This document shows positions 37,851 through 50,750 of a stretch of DNA of 64,000 nt, in pieces; the stretch's first letter is position 1; every line of letters starts with the position of its first letter. The position numbers were made by a program, and so were the translations under genes. The notes beneath the pieces are model-generated. The model searched no databases. It was not told the DNA's origin and was given only the letters and a program-made list of their open reading frames with translations. The stretch is taken from NCBI GenBank assembly GCA_028534125.1, contig CM052816.1:76696001-76760000 (forward strand). Direction: 5' to 3'. This DNA is from Lama glama (lineage: Eukaryota).

Positions 37851-38857
37851 CAATTTTAAAAGAGAAAATTAGAGAAAATTTAAGATTTGCAAAGCACCTC
37901 ATCCCCTGTTATATTTAGTTGTGTTTACATAGTGTTAACTAATAAGTCTACATGTAGTTTGGTCCCCAAATACCAGTGTTGTTCTGTCAAAGTCCCAATT
38001 TCCAGAAGCCAAATATATTTGAACCAAGTGAAATCAACTGATCATTCAGTAACTACAAAATAACTATGAAGGAATCATAATAAACCTATTTAACACTATT
38101 AAAATATTAATGCAATAAAAATACAGAGATAACTTTGAGATATAGAAACATAGCAACCAGAAAGACAGGGTGGGTGGTGACTAATTAAAGTAAATAAGGA
38201 ATATAAAAAGAGCTTCCTTGACAGGGACAGGGCAAGAATTATGCTATCGATTTTAGACATGGCAAGTTCAACTTATCATGGACAATTAAAGTCCACCTGG
38301 AGATTTCTTAGAAGTATCTGAAGATTATTAAGCTGGAAAGTAACACGATAAGCTTTGCATTTTTTTTTTGAAAATTATCATTTCAAAACAAGAACCCAGA
38401 AGATTCTGGTAAAGGAACTTCAAAGAACTGCCCTTCGAGATTTCTGGTTCTGAATGACAGGCTTAATCTTAAGAGTAGGTAAGAAAAGCAAGTGTAGACT
38501 AAAAAGGGAAGAGGACAGAGAACAGACCCGCAGGGAAGAGTAGCGTTGGCTTGATGGACAAGGGAGAGGAGCTAACAAATGAGAAGCAAGAGAACAGGAA
38601 ACACTGTATCACAAATTCTAAAGCATAGGAGCAGCTCATAGGGTCAAATGCTTCTATGAGGCAAAAAGAGGACCAAGAAAAGTATCTGAAATTTAACAAT
38701 AAAGAGTCCTTGAATGGAGTACAAAAGACACAGGCAGTCTGCAGAAAGTTGAACATAACCACGCAGTAAAGGAAGACAGCTCACACAGACTACAAAAGTT
38801 TGGTTGCCAAGGGTGGTAGCAATAAGAGAAAATCCAGGAATTCAGTATAGTATTCAA

Positions 38858-39215
38858 CTGAAGTATAGTCAGTTTATAACGTTACATCAATTTCTGGTGC
38901 ACAGCATGGTGCTTCAGTCATACATGTACATACATATATTCCTTTTCATATTCTTTTTCATTATAGGTTATTACAAGATATTGAATATAGTTCCCTGTAG
39001 AACTATATCGTAGAAACCTGTTGTTTATCTATTTTATATATAGGCGTTAGTGTCTGCAAATCTTGAACTCCCAATTTATCCCTTTCTGCCCCCTTTCTCC
39101 CCTGATAACCGTAAGTTTGTTTTCTATGTCTGTGAGTTTGTTTCTGTTTTGTAAATAAGTTCATCTGTGTCATTTTTTTAGATTCTATACCTGAGCGATA
39201 TCATAGGGTATTTTT
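38858..39215 (-). mobile_element. LINE-1 3'UTR fragment
   Basis: Colinear with the L1 at 2925-3618 (GAAGTATAGTCAGTTTATAAC...AAGTTTGTTTTCTATGTCTGTGAG). Confidence 0.85.
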
Positions 39216-42200
39216 ACTTGAGCATATTCACAAGGCTGATGAGAAGGAACTGATCAAAATGAAGAAATGGAGGGTGTCAGAGGGAGAACAGCTAAGGCAA
39301 CAGAATCCTGGAAATTCCAGGTCTAACTACAGAGCCCAGATTTCTGTAAATAAAATCAGGCTCCCTCTTCCTCTGAGATTTGACGGAGATTCAGGGAAGT
39401 TGCCATGAGAGGCACCCACTGGAAACCAAAGGTTTTTCTGAGTTTCTTGGGAAAGTAACAGGTGAAAGAGCCACTAAGACAAACGGGGAAAGAAACTGTC
39501 CAAAGTCCAGTGAAAAAAACAGGTAAACAGAGGTGAGTGTCTAACTAGACGCAGGCAAAGCAGCAGAAAACTGAATTGGCAGCACTGATCCCAGGAGGAG
39601 AGCTTGTAGGTGAGGATTAGAAGTCAAAGGGCGGGAGAGGTGGGAGAGGGTGAGCTTGCAAGAGGAGCTGGTTAGTGGGCAGGGAATCCAGACAGAGGAG
39701 GAAAGGAAGAGAGGCCAGCAGGAGGGCGTTAATCTGGAGGAAAATGGAGACATCAAGGAGCTGGATGTCTCAATAAGCCAAAGAAAAGGGATAGTGAGAG
39801 TACTATGGGAGTGAGGCAGCTGGAGGAACTGGAACTTGTGGGCAGAGAATAGGATAATGACATTCCAGAAGGTAAAGCCATTCTGGGGGTTGGTATGAAG
39901 CCAAGTAGGGCAGTGGACTGAACGGAATTCAGACAAATATTGATGAAGCTGATGGAATCAACACAGTGAATCGGGGTGGTGCCTGTAAGAATGGTGAAAT
40001 AACTAACGTGAAGGCTGCAATTTGAGTGGAGAGGGAAATTACAATGCAATGTCAGAGCCTTTGCTGAAGGTAGACAGTCAAGAAAGTAAGAGGAAGGTAA
40101 GAGGTGGCAGAGCTAGAGTTTGTGAACTTCAGAAGAGAAAGGGACGGTGTTGACTCTTCCCTTGAAATGCAGTCAAGTGGACCCTAAGTAGTTCCATGTG
40201 ATTGTAAACCGATCTGAGCCACAGGAATCTTCCTCACTGTAAAAGGATAACCAGACTTACATCACCCCCACCAAACTTCACAAACAGCCCCGGAACTGCT
40301 CAACAGAGAAATTCTTTCTCCTCTCTTATAAAAGAGCTCGTCTGAAAGTACTGTAATGAAAAGGGCACAGAACCGGCAGTGAAGAAAGCTGGAATCTAAT
40401 GCTGCCCCTGCCCTGACTGTGTGATCTTGGGTGTGTCACTCACCTTCCTGGACATCATTTTCATTCACCTATTAATGCATGTAGTTTACAATATCTGTGG
40501 AGACTTAATATGTAAAAGGCACAAGCCTAGACATTAAGGACACAGCAGCAAGGAAGACGTACCTACAAGGAAGACACACCAAGGAGCCTACACTTGATGG
40601 TCATCTCCAAGTTCTCCCTATTCAATAATTCTGATTATCTGCAGCAAGTGCATGTGTGGTAAGCAAAAGCACTACAAGTTCATGACATCGAAAGAACCAC
40701 AGATCCTTGGGGATTTGGTTAGAAGCAGATGTGGAATGAGACAGTGGTTCCCAACTTGATGTCCTTGGACACTAAAAGGGAGTCCATGAAATTCTTAATA
40801 ATAAACTTTCAAAAAACAGTTCCTCTCACTTTGAAAGAACCAAGTGGAAATTGTGCTCAACACATTTATATCACCTCAATAAAAATTCAATGTTTCCGCC
40901 CGATGATCACCCATTCTAATGTACACGAGTGCATGTCCTTGTGTTAAAAATGGGGAAAAGCATTATTTTTGTGCAATAAATATAATTTAGTCCCTCAAAG
41001 TTTCCAACAAATTGAAACCAATGAGATTTTTGTTTTTTAATTTTAAAAGGCTCCTGAGTGGTGAAAACTTTGATAACGCCCAGCAGAGTGGAAAACTCTG
41101 GAATTATGTTTGAGGACATGGTTTGTTCAACTCCTACCTCTGCCAGTAGCCTGGGCTCTGTTTCTCTGAGCTTCATCTGTAAGACTAGACTGAAAGCTTA
41201 CTTTTATGGGGTTGAGAGGATTTAGTGAGGAATTTTGTAGTTTGATGATGTTTCACGTGACATAATTAGAATAATAACAGGACCAATGGTGCAGTGGGAA
41301 GGGCCTGAGATGGTGGAGCTGGACACACCAAGTTCAAGTTCCAGCTACTCACCACTGGGGGTGGGTGATGCTGGACAAATGATGCCATTTAACTGCACCT
41401 CAGTGTCCTCCACTGTAAAATGGGTTACCTTCAGGATTACATGAGATTACACATATATAATCTGGCATATCATACAAGTTCCATAAACATTTATTCATTC
41501 CGTTCTTTGGCAGCCATTAAGTGTTACACAAATTTAAAAATGTATTTATTTTCACTTCTCCAATGCATCCTGATGCTTTGTTTCTCTCAAATACACAATG
41601 AAACATAAACTTTATTTCAAAATATGTCTGATAATAACATGTCTGATAATAGATGTTAAGGGCAAAGAAGAGTTAAAAGCACTACAAAAATGTAAGACAT
41701 ACTATATTTTCATAATTATTATTTCATATTATTATTTCATATTATTATATTTTCATAATTATTATATTACTGTCACACTTTATTCCCTTCTTTACTTGCC
41801 TACTTTTTCTTTTAGCCTGAACCATGGGGAAAAAAATAAATATAACTATTACAGAGCGATTCAGCACTCAAACCAGTCAGCTAAGAAATCCCCCCTCCCC
41901 TCCCCTCCTCCAGTGAGTCCATCTCAGAGAAAAGAGGGGGTTTTTCAGTCTCCAGCCACATCTAATTGTCAAGCCAATGATCACAATCTAATCAATTAGC
42001 AGTCAGTCTAATTAGCATAAAGCATCGTCCTACCCTGCCTGCTTCAAAGTCCTTCTTTCCATATGTATCTGGGCAGGATCCAGGGAAGCCATGTGAGAGT
42101 CCTCAGCACTGCTCCACTATATCTGACAGATTCATACTGTCTCTGGATACAGCCCACTTGTCTTTAGCAAAGATTCCCAAGAAGTGTCCTTTGGGTATAG

Positions 42201-43269
42201 ATCTATCCATCAATGTAGTTACAAGTGTCATCACACACGCTGGAACCACCTTATTCTTTAGCAATTCTGCACGGCCTACATGTCGACCATATAAACTGTC
42301 TACACGGCAGACTCAGGAGCTGGTGAAATCCGTCCTGTGGGGGAGCTCTAGCTCTCTGCATAAAAAGAAGTGGGGGCAAGAAGGGGTGATGAGGGTAGAG
42401 AGCTGTTACTCTAGGCAGGACCAGGGAAAAGATGCAACAGGTAGAGAGTCCTGGGAAAACGAGCTCTGTTACTTTCCCAACTCTGTCCTCTGTTTGCTGG
42501 ACTTTATATGTGCTAATGTTTGGAAATTGCCTACTTATCATTAACGAGTACTTATGGAGGCCCCTTAAGCGTTAGCAAATTTTAGAAAACCGATAGTATA
42601 TCACACCTCATGTGTTTCTTCTCAAGCTGGTCCTTTGAAATTTTGACCCTGCCCCTACATTTGAACGATCCAGAAAGCTTTGCAAAATTCTGATGCGGCG
42701 GCCCATCCCAGGTCAATTATTAGGATCAGCTCAGGGAGGGTAGGCATCAGTGTTTTTTCACAGGTCTCCCTAGTCATTCTATTGTGCAACCAGTGTTCTA
42801 AAAGCAGCTGTGATGTCCTCCCTCTCCAGTACTTCCAAAATACCCTGCCCTTTCCACAAGTCCTGAAGAATGTAAAAAGGAGGGGTTGGAGCAAGGGTAT
42901 ATTCCATCTCAGAATTTACCTGGCTGACAGGTGTGTTTCTGAGATAAGGAGACCATATCCTTCAGGAAGATACGGTAAATGCCTTAGAGGGTGTGCCTAG
43001 ATTCTTCAAAAAGATCCACTACACCTATTTTAAAAAAAAGCCAGGTCTGTAAATGCATTTCCGCATTGCCCATGTGGAAATAGCCCACACAGCTCACCTG
43101 CAGACTGGAACATCTGTGTCTGTGCCTTCCTTCCCATCAGTGCAACTCTCATACTAATTTTGACTTTATGCCTCTATGAGATCACCCACAGGACTTCGTT
43201 TCCCCCAAAACGAAGATCACCCACAGTCCTTCATCATCCCCCCCAGAGTCTCCCAAAATGAGAGCCACT

Positions 43270-43525
43270 GCCGTTGTTTGTTTGTTTTGTTTTGTTTTTC
43301 AGCGGAGCACTGCTGCTAATCTAAGCTGTTTAGCATTCCCAGGCTCGAGGCCCCAATACACTTATCAGTTGATAAATACATTCTTGGGCCAAACAGTAGA
43401 CCAAGAATTATGAAATGACTCTCCTTCGAATGGACTTTGGCATCCAGGAAGCCCAATTCAACAAAAATCCTGAGCAGAAACAAACAATAATAGTTCCCCA
43501 GTTCGGAGCCGCCCTGCTGGAGCTG
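43270..43525 (+). promoter_or_regulatory. C9 proximal promoter / 5'UTR with hepatocyte TF motifs
   Basis: TGGACTTTG (HNF4A motif) 43431-43439; TTATGAAAT (C/EBP-like) 43408-43416; FOXA-like TGTTTGTTT near 43276 and AAACAAACA 43478-43486; inverted GATA pair CTTATCAGTTGATAA 43361-43375. Confidence 0.6.
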
Positions 43526-43602
43526 ATGTCTGCCGGCCGCACGCTTGCCTTTGCGATATGCATTTTAGAAATAAGTGTCCTGACAGCCGGGACCACTCCC
43601 AG
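43526..43602 (+). CDS. C9: Complement C9 exon 1 (signal peptide)
   Basis: MSAGRTLAFAICILEISVLTAGTTP(S) matches the C9 leader; donor CAG|GTGAGT; 77 nt, phase 2 fits exon 2. Confidence 0.93.
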
Positions 43603-45356
43603 GTGAGTTGCTTTTCTCTTTGTCTCTGGAATTTTCCTGTGGGCTTTGATATTTCAGAGTCCACGTGTTTAGCAGCAAAGCAGGTAAAACATTTTAACCC
43701 ACTTTGAGAGATGAGGCCCCAGGATTTAAACTTTGGAAAAAGATGGGCAAGAGGCCCCAGTGTGTCTTTGAGAGCTGTCTGGGGAAACCTACTGCTGTTG
43801 CCAGGGATTGCTTTTTAACTAGGTGTTCAAATGTTAAGGCTGAGATATTTTTTCAATACTGGACTGATGAAACAAAGCTGATTTTTACTAGAGGATGAGA
43901 AACCTGGGTTTCTCAGTACCTAAGGTCTAAGAAGTTTAAATTTAAGGAAGTGAATCTTTCTCTCACTCTGCCTCAGTGTCTAACATTCTAACTTGCATAC
44001 ATTCCCCTTTTGCCTCCACATTAGGCAAATGTAAACCATTTTGCTTCCCCTCCTTGACACCCCAAGCTATGTTCACATTTTGTCCTTTAGTTAGGGTGGT
44101 GTTTCTCCCATTCAAGAAGAATGACCATGCTGCAGGCCTGTTGGCCAGGCTTCCAGCAAAGACACTTTCTCTCCTTTCACTCTAACCCTAATTGGGAACA
44201 TGAAGCCCACGCCAAGCTACTCCAGGAAATAAATCAACCAGACGGCACATGCTTACTGACCGTCTCCGCTGTACCCACAATGGCCAGAGAACACACAGAC
44301 CTGTGTCATCTGATCCGGCATGATCCCATCTGGTGATGGTATTGAAATATCCTGGGCTTTGACAGTATAGCTGGGGGAAAATATCCACCCAAACTCTGTC
44401 CCTCTGCCCAACATGACCTTGACCTGTATTTAATTCCCCTTTGGTCATTGGACTCTTGGTTTAACCAAACTCTGTTTTGGACTCTGATGTCCATCTCAAG
44501 CACACCTTTGCCTGCCTCCGGGCTGCAGTGGAGGCTGCTGTTCCACCAGGGCCCCACCAGGCACGTGGTTTGCTCATAGAGCTGCATCTTCCAGGAAGGG
44601 CACCTGGAGATGCGACACAGACCAGCCTGGGCTTAGGTGGAGCGTTTGGCCACACTTTCCTTTATCCCATCACTTCCTCTTCGTACTTTATCTAAGAAGC
44701 ATTATTATAGGCAGAAAATATTTTCGTGTGGTGGGCATTGGGTACAAAGGAGATTTGGGAAGTCAGTTACCAAAAGTTGCTTTAGCCTTCTTGTACTTAC
44801 CCTGATCCTTTCTTAAGTTAAAACAATAATTTATACAACACACATTCCTAAATTGTGACTCCTGCTGATCAAAAATGAGAGGCCGTGGGGAAGGCTTCCA
44901 CTGCTTTGAAGTTCGTACCCCCTGGGTCCTGGCCACTCTCAGCTATTTCAGGGAGGACCAGAAAGGCCCCTTGGCTGGCCCCACAGCCCCAAACAGCTGC
45001 ACCGCCAGCTTGGACTTGGCTGTAAGCGCCCGCTGCCTACCCTCGAGAGTTTGGTAGGGTTGCCCCGCTCTGAACACTCTGGCTCTGCCCTTTCATACAG
45101 GGTTGAGGTCAAAACAAAATGTTCAGACCAGTCAGGAAGTCAGTCAGACACCTAGTTCAGCCAAAGAACTGATGACTGCAAATGATTTTTAAAAATACAA
45201 ATTTGATCAGAATGGAACACTGCTCTGGAACTCAACTTCCCAGGTTGGGTTGAGGTGACGTTACTTACTGCTCAACCATATAGGTCTGGGCAACCTCTCT
45301 GAACTGTTACTTAACCTCTCTGTACCTTGGTTCCTTCATCTGTAAGAGGATGATGG

Positions 45357-45930
45357 TATTCATTTCCTAGTGCCACAAATTAGATGTCTTCAAAGAACAG
45401 GATATGTGTTGAGGGGAAGGTATAGCTCAGTGGCAAAGTACGTGCTTAGCGTGCACAAGGTGCCTCCATTTAAAAATAGATTAAAAAATAGATAAATAAA
45501 TAAACCTAAATTTTTTTTTTAAAAAAAAGAGGAGAAATGTGTCATCTCACAGTTCTGGAGCCTACATGTCTAAAACCAAGTTGTCAGCCGGGCCATGCTC
45601 CTTCTGAGACTCTGGGTAGGATCCTTTCCAGGCTCTGGTGGTGGTTAGCAATCTTTGCCTTCCTTGGCTTGCAGCTACATCATTCCAATCTCAGCCTCTG
45701 TTATCACATGGCCACCTTCACCTTGTCCCCTCTCTGTGCATGTCCATCTGGCTCCAGATTTCCCCTTTTCAGAAAGACACCAGTCAGATTGGATTAGGGT
45801 CCATCCTAATGACCTCAGTTTAACTTATTTACCTCTGCAAAGAACTTGTTTCCAAATAAGGTCACATTCTGAGGTCCAGGGAGTTAGAACTTCAACATTT
45901 CTTTTTGAGGGGACACAATCCAGCCCATAA
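45357..45930. mobile_element. MLT1-family LTR interrupted by an internally deleted vic-1-type SINE (about 45412-45530)
   Basis: TCTCACAGTTCTGGAG...TTCCAAATAAGGTCACATTCTGAGG; SINE head GGGGAAGGTATAGCTCAGTGG lacking the B-box segment. Confidence 0.8.
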
Positions 45931-46589
45931 CAGTGACAATGACAGCCTCTACCTAATAAAGCTCTAGGTGAGCATTCAATCATTCTACTTGCAATGTACT
46001 TACACCGTCTGTGCCTGGCACGCTGTAAGAACTCAATCAACATAAAGGATTCTTTAAAACCTTGCTATTCCTTTCACTTTGATATGCTTCCTGGTTTAGG
46101 AGAAGAGGAGATAGAGTTACAGCTAACCTGCAGGGACCATCACGTGGCTGCAGATGTTGAATCTGCCCTGCAACAGTGAGCTACTGTTGCTGCTGAACTA
46201 TTGGGGGTTTTCAATGATCATTTGTCTATAAACATAAGGATGCCCAAGAGAATAGGTCATGAGGGGAATATCATCTCTTATGTTTTTCAAGGGAGAATAG
46301 AAATGTTAAAAACAAAACAGAAACCACCGTGGGAGTAGAATAACAGCTTATAATAGAGGTCCTAGAGCCATGGATTCAAGTTTGAGGTCCACAGTTTACT
46401 GGCTCTGTGACCCCAGACAAACTTCTGAACTGCTCTAAACCTGTTCCTAGCACCTGCATAGTGGGAATAAAATGGCACTTCCTGTGAGGAATCCCCCAGA
46501 TCATCAATGCGGTGTGTTCAGCACAGAGGCAGACAAGCAGTGAGGGTGATATGGGTACAATTATCATTTGTTTTTCCTTTTCATTTGTA

Positions 46590-47420
46590 AGTAACAAAAT
46601 ATTTACGTGGTTCGAAGATTCAAGAATATAACAAGTTTACACTGAGAAGTGTAATTTCCCCACTCCTAACTTTTCATGAGATTTGTGTTGTCTCTCAGGT
46701 ACTTAGAATACTCCGCCACCTCCCACCTCACCCTTCCCCGACAGGGAATCACCTTTGTTAGTTTCCTGTGTTTCCTTCCAGTGTCTTTATGTGGATCAAA
46801 GCACAGAGCCAAATGCAGTCTTACCCTCTCCCTTTCTTTCATAAAAAGTATCAGATTATCTATACTATCTTGTACTTTGCTTTTCTGCTTTTTCACTTTG
46901 CAATATAGCCCGGAGACCTTTCAGTATCAGTAGAAAAGGAACTTCCTCCTTTACCTCACAAATGATTAATTTTGCATTGTCTGGATAGTTTAGATAACTG
47001 GTCTTTTATTAACGAACATTTGGGTTGTTTCCCATTTCGTATTATAAGCCATGTTGCAATGAATATCCCTATTCATATGTCATTTGGCAAATGGATCACT
47101 GTACCTGAGGATTAACTCCCAAAAGTGATATAACTGGGTCAAAGGTATCACCTTGGAGACTTTGCTGAAATTGCCCCAAGCCCCTGGGTTGAGATAATCT
47201 TACTCCTTCAGCAGTGGAGTGTGGATGTGCCAGTTTCCCACAGCTTCACCAACAGAAGCTCTATGACAATTGGACGTTTGCCAGTCTCACAGGTGAAAAA
47301 TGGTATCTTGGAATAGTTTTAATTTGCCTTTCTCTTATTAAGTCAGATTGCACTAGACTCAATGTTTAAAGCTATTATGTACTTTTTTTTTGCATAAACT
47401 ATCCATATTCTTTGCCGATT
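46590..47420 (-). mobile_element. Old L1M (L1ME-like) fragment
   Basis: AACATTTGGGTTGTTTCC...TTGCCAGTCTCACAGGTGAAAAATGGTATCTTG...TTTAATTTGCCTTTCTCTTATT. Confidence 0.65.
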
Positions 47421-47466
47421 TTCCTGAGCTTACAGTCCAGTGAGGAAGGAAATCAAGTAAATGGCA

Positions 47467-47598
47467 GTGGGGGAGGGTATAGCTCAAGTGGTAGAGCGCA
47501 TGCTTAGCATGCATGAGGTCCTGGGTTCAATCCCCAGTACCCCTATTAAAAAATTAAATCAATAAACCTAATTACCTGGCTCCCCCCCCAAAAAAAAA
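47467..47598 (+). mobile_element. Full-length vic-1-type SINE
   Basis: Intact A/B boxes; perfect 13-bp TSD CAAGTAAATGGCA at 47454-47466 and 47599-47611. Confidence 0.93.
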
Positions 47599-47889
47599 CA
47601 AGTAAATGGCAATTGCAACTCAGCCAAATTTTCTGAGTGAGGCCCATGATGCTGAGGGAGATCTGCTCCCCTGACCCCTGACCCCAACTGGTCAACTTAT
47701 GCCGTGGCTTCTACTCCTTTGTTCTAGGACTTTGCTGCTTTGATTCTGCCCATTCTCCTGCATCATCAATATCTCCTTGTGTACTGAATGATTCCCATCA
47801 GTGTGCGGACATGTAATATTTCCTTTAAATGTTGGCTCAGTCCTCAGCCTTCCTCCAGACCTACCCCCACACATTCAGCCCCCATGGTG

Positions 47890-48560
47890 TGAAATTTACT
47901 GCTTATAATCTGACAACTCTCAAGTTTCTATCGATGCTGCAGACCTCTTTCCGGAGCCCAATGTCCAGTTACTTAGTCGACACCTCTTGAAGACGCAACA
48001 AGCATCCCAAACTTAACATGACTAAAGCATACCTATCGTCACCCAGCCCGCACCACAATTCACTGAGTTACTCCGGTCAGAACCTGGGAACCATACTTGA
48101 CTCCTCTATTGTAGTCATTCTCACGCACAGTAGAAGAGCAAGTCCGGTTGGTATTGCCTTTAAAATATATCCCTAATCCACCCACTTCTTACCATCTCCA
48201 CTGTGACCACACAGTTTCTATCATTTCTGCCCTGCATCCATTCTTGTCCACTCCCAATAGTCATTCTCCATCCAACACTTAGAGAAATCTTTTGAAAAAT
48301 GTATCTGAGTGTTACTCCTGCCCTCATATTTCTCTAGGATTCCCATCAAGCTCAGAATCAAATCCAGTCTCCTCACCACAGCCCCCAAGGCATGAGCTGC
48401 AACTGCCTGCTTCTCCAGACACATCTCACTCTCCTTCATGCTCACTCTGCTGTTTGCTGTGCCTCCAGCATGCCACCCCACTTACTTTCCCCGAGCTTAG
48501 AACACAGTTTTTCCAGACACTCACATAGCTGTTCCCTGAATTCGTTCATTCATTCAACTA
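47890..48560 (+). mobile_element. LINE-2 fragment
   Basis: AAACTTAACATG...TGACTCCTC...AAAATATATCCCTAATCCACCCACTTCTTACCATCTCCACTG is L2-like. Confidence 0.65.
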
Positions 48561-48567
48561 TTACCTC

Positions 48568-48842
48568 CTGTTCTGGTCATTTTTTGTTGTGAAATAAATC
48601 ATTCCAAAACGGCAGCTTAAAACAATACCAATTATTCCTTTTGGCTCATGAATCCAGGGGTTGACTGGGCTCAGTTAAGCAGTTGTCATGGGTCTCCAAC
48701 ATGGATGTCATCAGATGGTGGCTGGGGCTGGGGTCATCATGATAGCTTCTTCATTCACATGTCTGTCATCTGGGCTGGGAAGATCCAAACAGCTGGGGGG
48801 CTGGAGAAATTGATTCCCCTTAGGAATCTCTTTCTCTCTCTC

Positions 48843-48874
<32 letters not shown>

Positions 48875-49135
48875 CTCTCCACGTGGTGGACTCAGGATAG
48901 CCAGCTCCATCTATAGTAGCAAAAGGCTTCCAAAGCAAGGGTCTTTAGATAAACCAGCAGAACTTGCAGGACCCTTTCTAATCCAGCCTTAAAAATCACG
49001 CAGGCTCACTTCCACTGCATTCTGCTTGTCAAAGGCATTCATAAAGTCCCATCAGTTTCAAGAGGGGGCTACCTAGACCCCATCTTTGATGGGCTTAATG
49101 TCAAAGACTTTGTAAACATACTTTTACAGCACCAC
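48568..49135. mobile_element. Old MLT1-type LTR containing (TG)n at about 48850-48873
   Basis: GCTTAAAACAATACC...GGGCTCAG...CACTTCCACTGCATTCTGCTTGTCAAAG...CCCCATCTTTGATGGG. Confidence 0.6.
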
Positions 49136-50354
49136 ACCTCCTCTGAGAGGGTTTGCTCACACCCTCTGTAAGAAATCTCGCCCCCCGACCCCAGCCCTGT
49201 GGCACGTCCTGTCCACCTACCCTGCTTTATTTTCCTTCACAACTCACTTTTCTTAACTGATAGTGCCCGTTGCATTTTCTAGTATACTCATGTATTGCAT
49301 CTCACCCACTGCAGTGTAGGCTCTGTGATAGTAAAGATGTTGTCTTGTGGCCCCAGGATGACACAGAGCAAACACTCCATAAATGTTACTGATTGTTGTC
49401 TCATCGGAAGCAAGTGAGAGAAGCTCTTAATGACAACATAGGGAATCAGGAAAGGTCCTGAAATTTAGAGCGTTGGCCACTGCCGTTATATTATCTTTTC
49501 ATCCTGATAAATTGCAGGAATGAAACAAATCGGCAGGTCCACAGGTTAAGAATGCAGCCCTAATTAGCTTCTATTTCTCCACTCAAAGGAGCCAAGTTGT
49601 CTTATTTATTGACAAAAAGATTCTTTCCTACAGCAGGTGTTTTCTTGCCAGGGCCTACCACAAAGTGTCCTGGCGTGCGAGCTGCCCCTGAGGTGTTCTT
49701 TTTCTAAAGCTGGAAACCTCCCTTCGTGGCAAGGAGGTGGGACCCAGGGCACACATCAATGGCTCTTCCTCGAATGCATTTCTGGCCCAGAGTTAGACCT
49801 CCTGCCATGTGGATGTACATCACTTTGATCTAGGAAATGACTTTCAAGCTGGGATTGAAGCACTTGGGCATAGGCTTCACTTGATAAACATTTCATCTAA
49901 GAGTCCAGAAAAGCGCTTTACAAATACTTCTCTACTGAGCCTAAAAGCTCAGCAGGGTGAAAGGCAGGTGGAAAGCGTTGAACATTCACAGTCTTTGAGC
50001 TACAAAAGATTATCTGTCTAGTGAGTAAAAGGGGCTGGGGAGGGAGTTGCTGGGCTCAGAAGGTGCTGTCCAACATCACTCATCTTCTTTCTTCATATTT
50101 ATAGAGTGCACCCATTTCAACACCACATTCTTTTTGCATAATCTATTAGACCCTCCTAATATTTTGCTTCTAACTATCCAGGTACCTGGTACAGTGAAGG
50201 CCAAACAGCCAGGGATGTTCACACAATTTTCAGTTTATTTTTGCCTAATTTGACAACATTTAGGTGTAAGCTTAAAAGACATCAAGGCAAGAACCAGGTT
50301 GTCCAATTGGTGTGCTTTACCTGGAGCTGCTACATTAAAAATATATATATATCT

Positions 50355-50648
50355 AAAAAAATGACACAAACTTATTTACAAAACAGAATGAGACTCACAG
50401 ACACAGAAGGTAAACTTATGGTTACTGCTGTGGGAGGCGAGAGGAAGGGATAAATTGGGAGTTTGGGATTGGCTGATACAAACTACTATGTACAGAACAG
50501 ATAAACAACAAGGTTCTATTGAACAGCACAGGGAACTTACATTCAACGGCTTGTAGTAATCTGTAATAAGAAAGAATATATTATATATATATAATTATAT
50601 ATATAATTAAATATATATAATTATATATAATTAAATATATATAAAAGA

Positions 50649-50694
<46 letters not shown>

Positions 50695-50750
50695 ATATAT
50701 AACTGAATCACTATGCTGTGCACCAGAAAAAAATAAGTAAATAAATAAAA
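50355..50750 (+). mobile_element. LINE-1 3' end containing (TA)n/(CA)n microsatellite
   Basis: ACTTATTTACAAAACAGAATGAGACTCACAGACACAG...ATAAACAACAAGG...AACTGAATCACTATGCTGTGCACCAGAAA; (CA)n about 50657-50688. Confidence 0.85.

Noticed and set aside
41620..41770. Short repeated units (ATGTCTGATAATA x2; TTTCATAATTATT-like units) as an array
   Set aside because: AT-rich slippage repeats with no regular spacer structure.
30460..43170. Independent gene in the DAB2-C9 intergenic interval (ORFs of 60-133 aa)
   Set aside because: No recognisable domains or coherent exon chain; many overlap L1, L2, MIR, MLT or low-complexity DNA.
43415..43525. In-frame upstream ATGs giving a longer C9 N-terminus
   Set aside because: The region overlaps promoter motifs and is probably upstream of or at the TSS; the added residues are hydrophilic and the ATG at 43526 matches the known leader.
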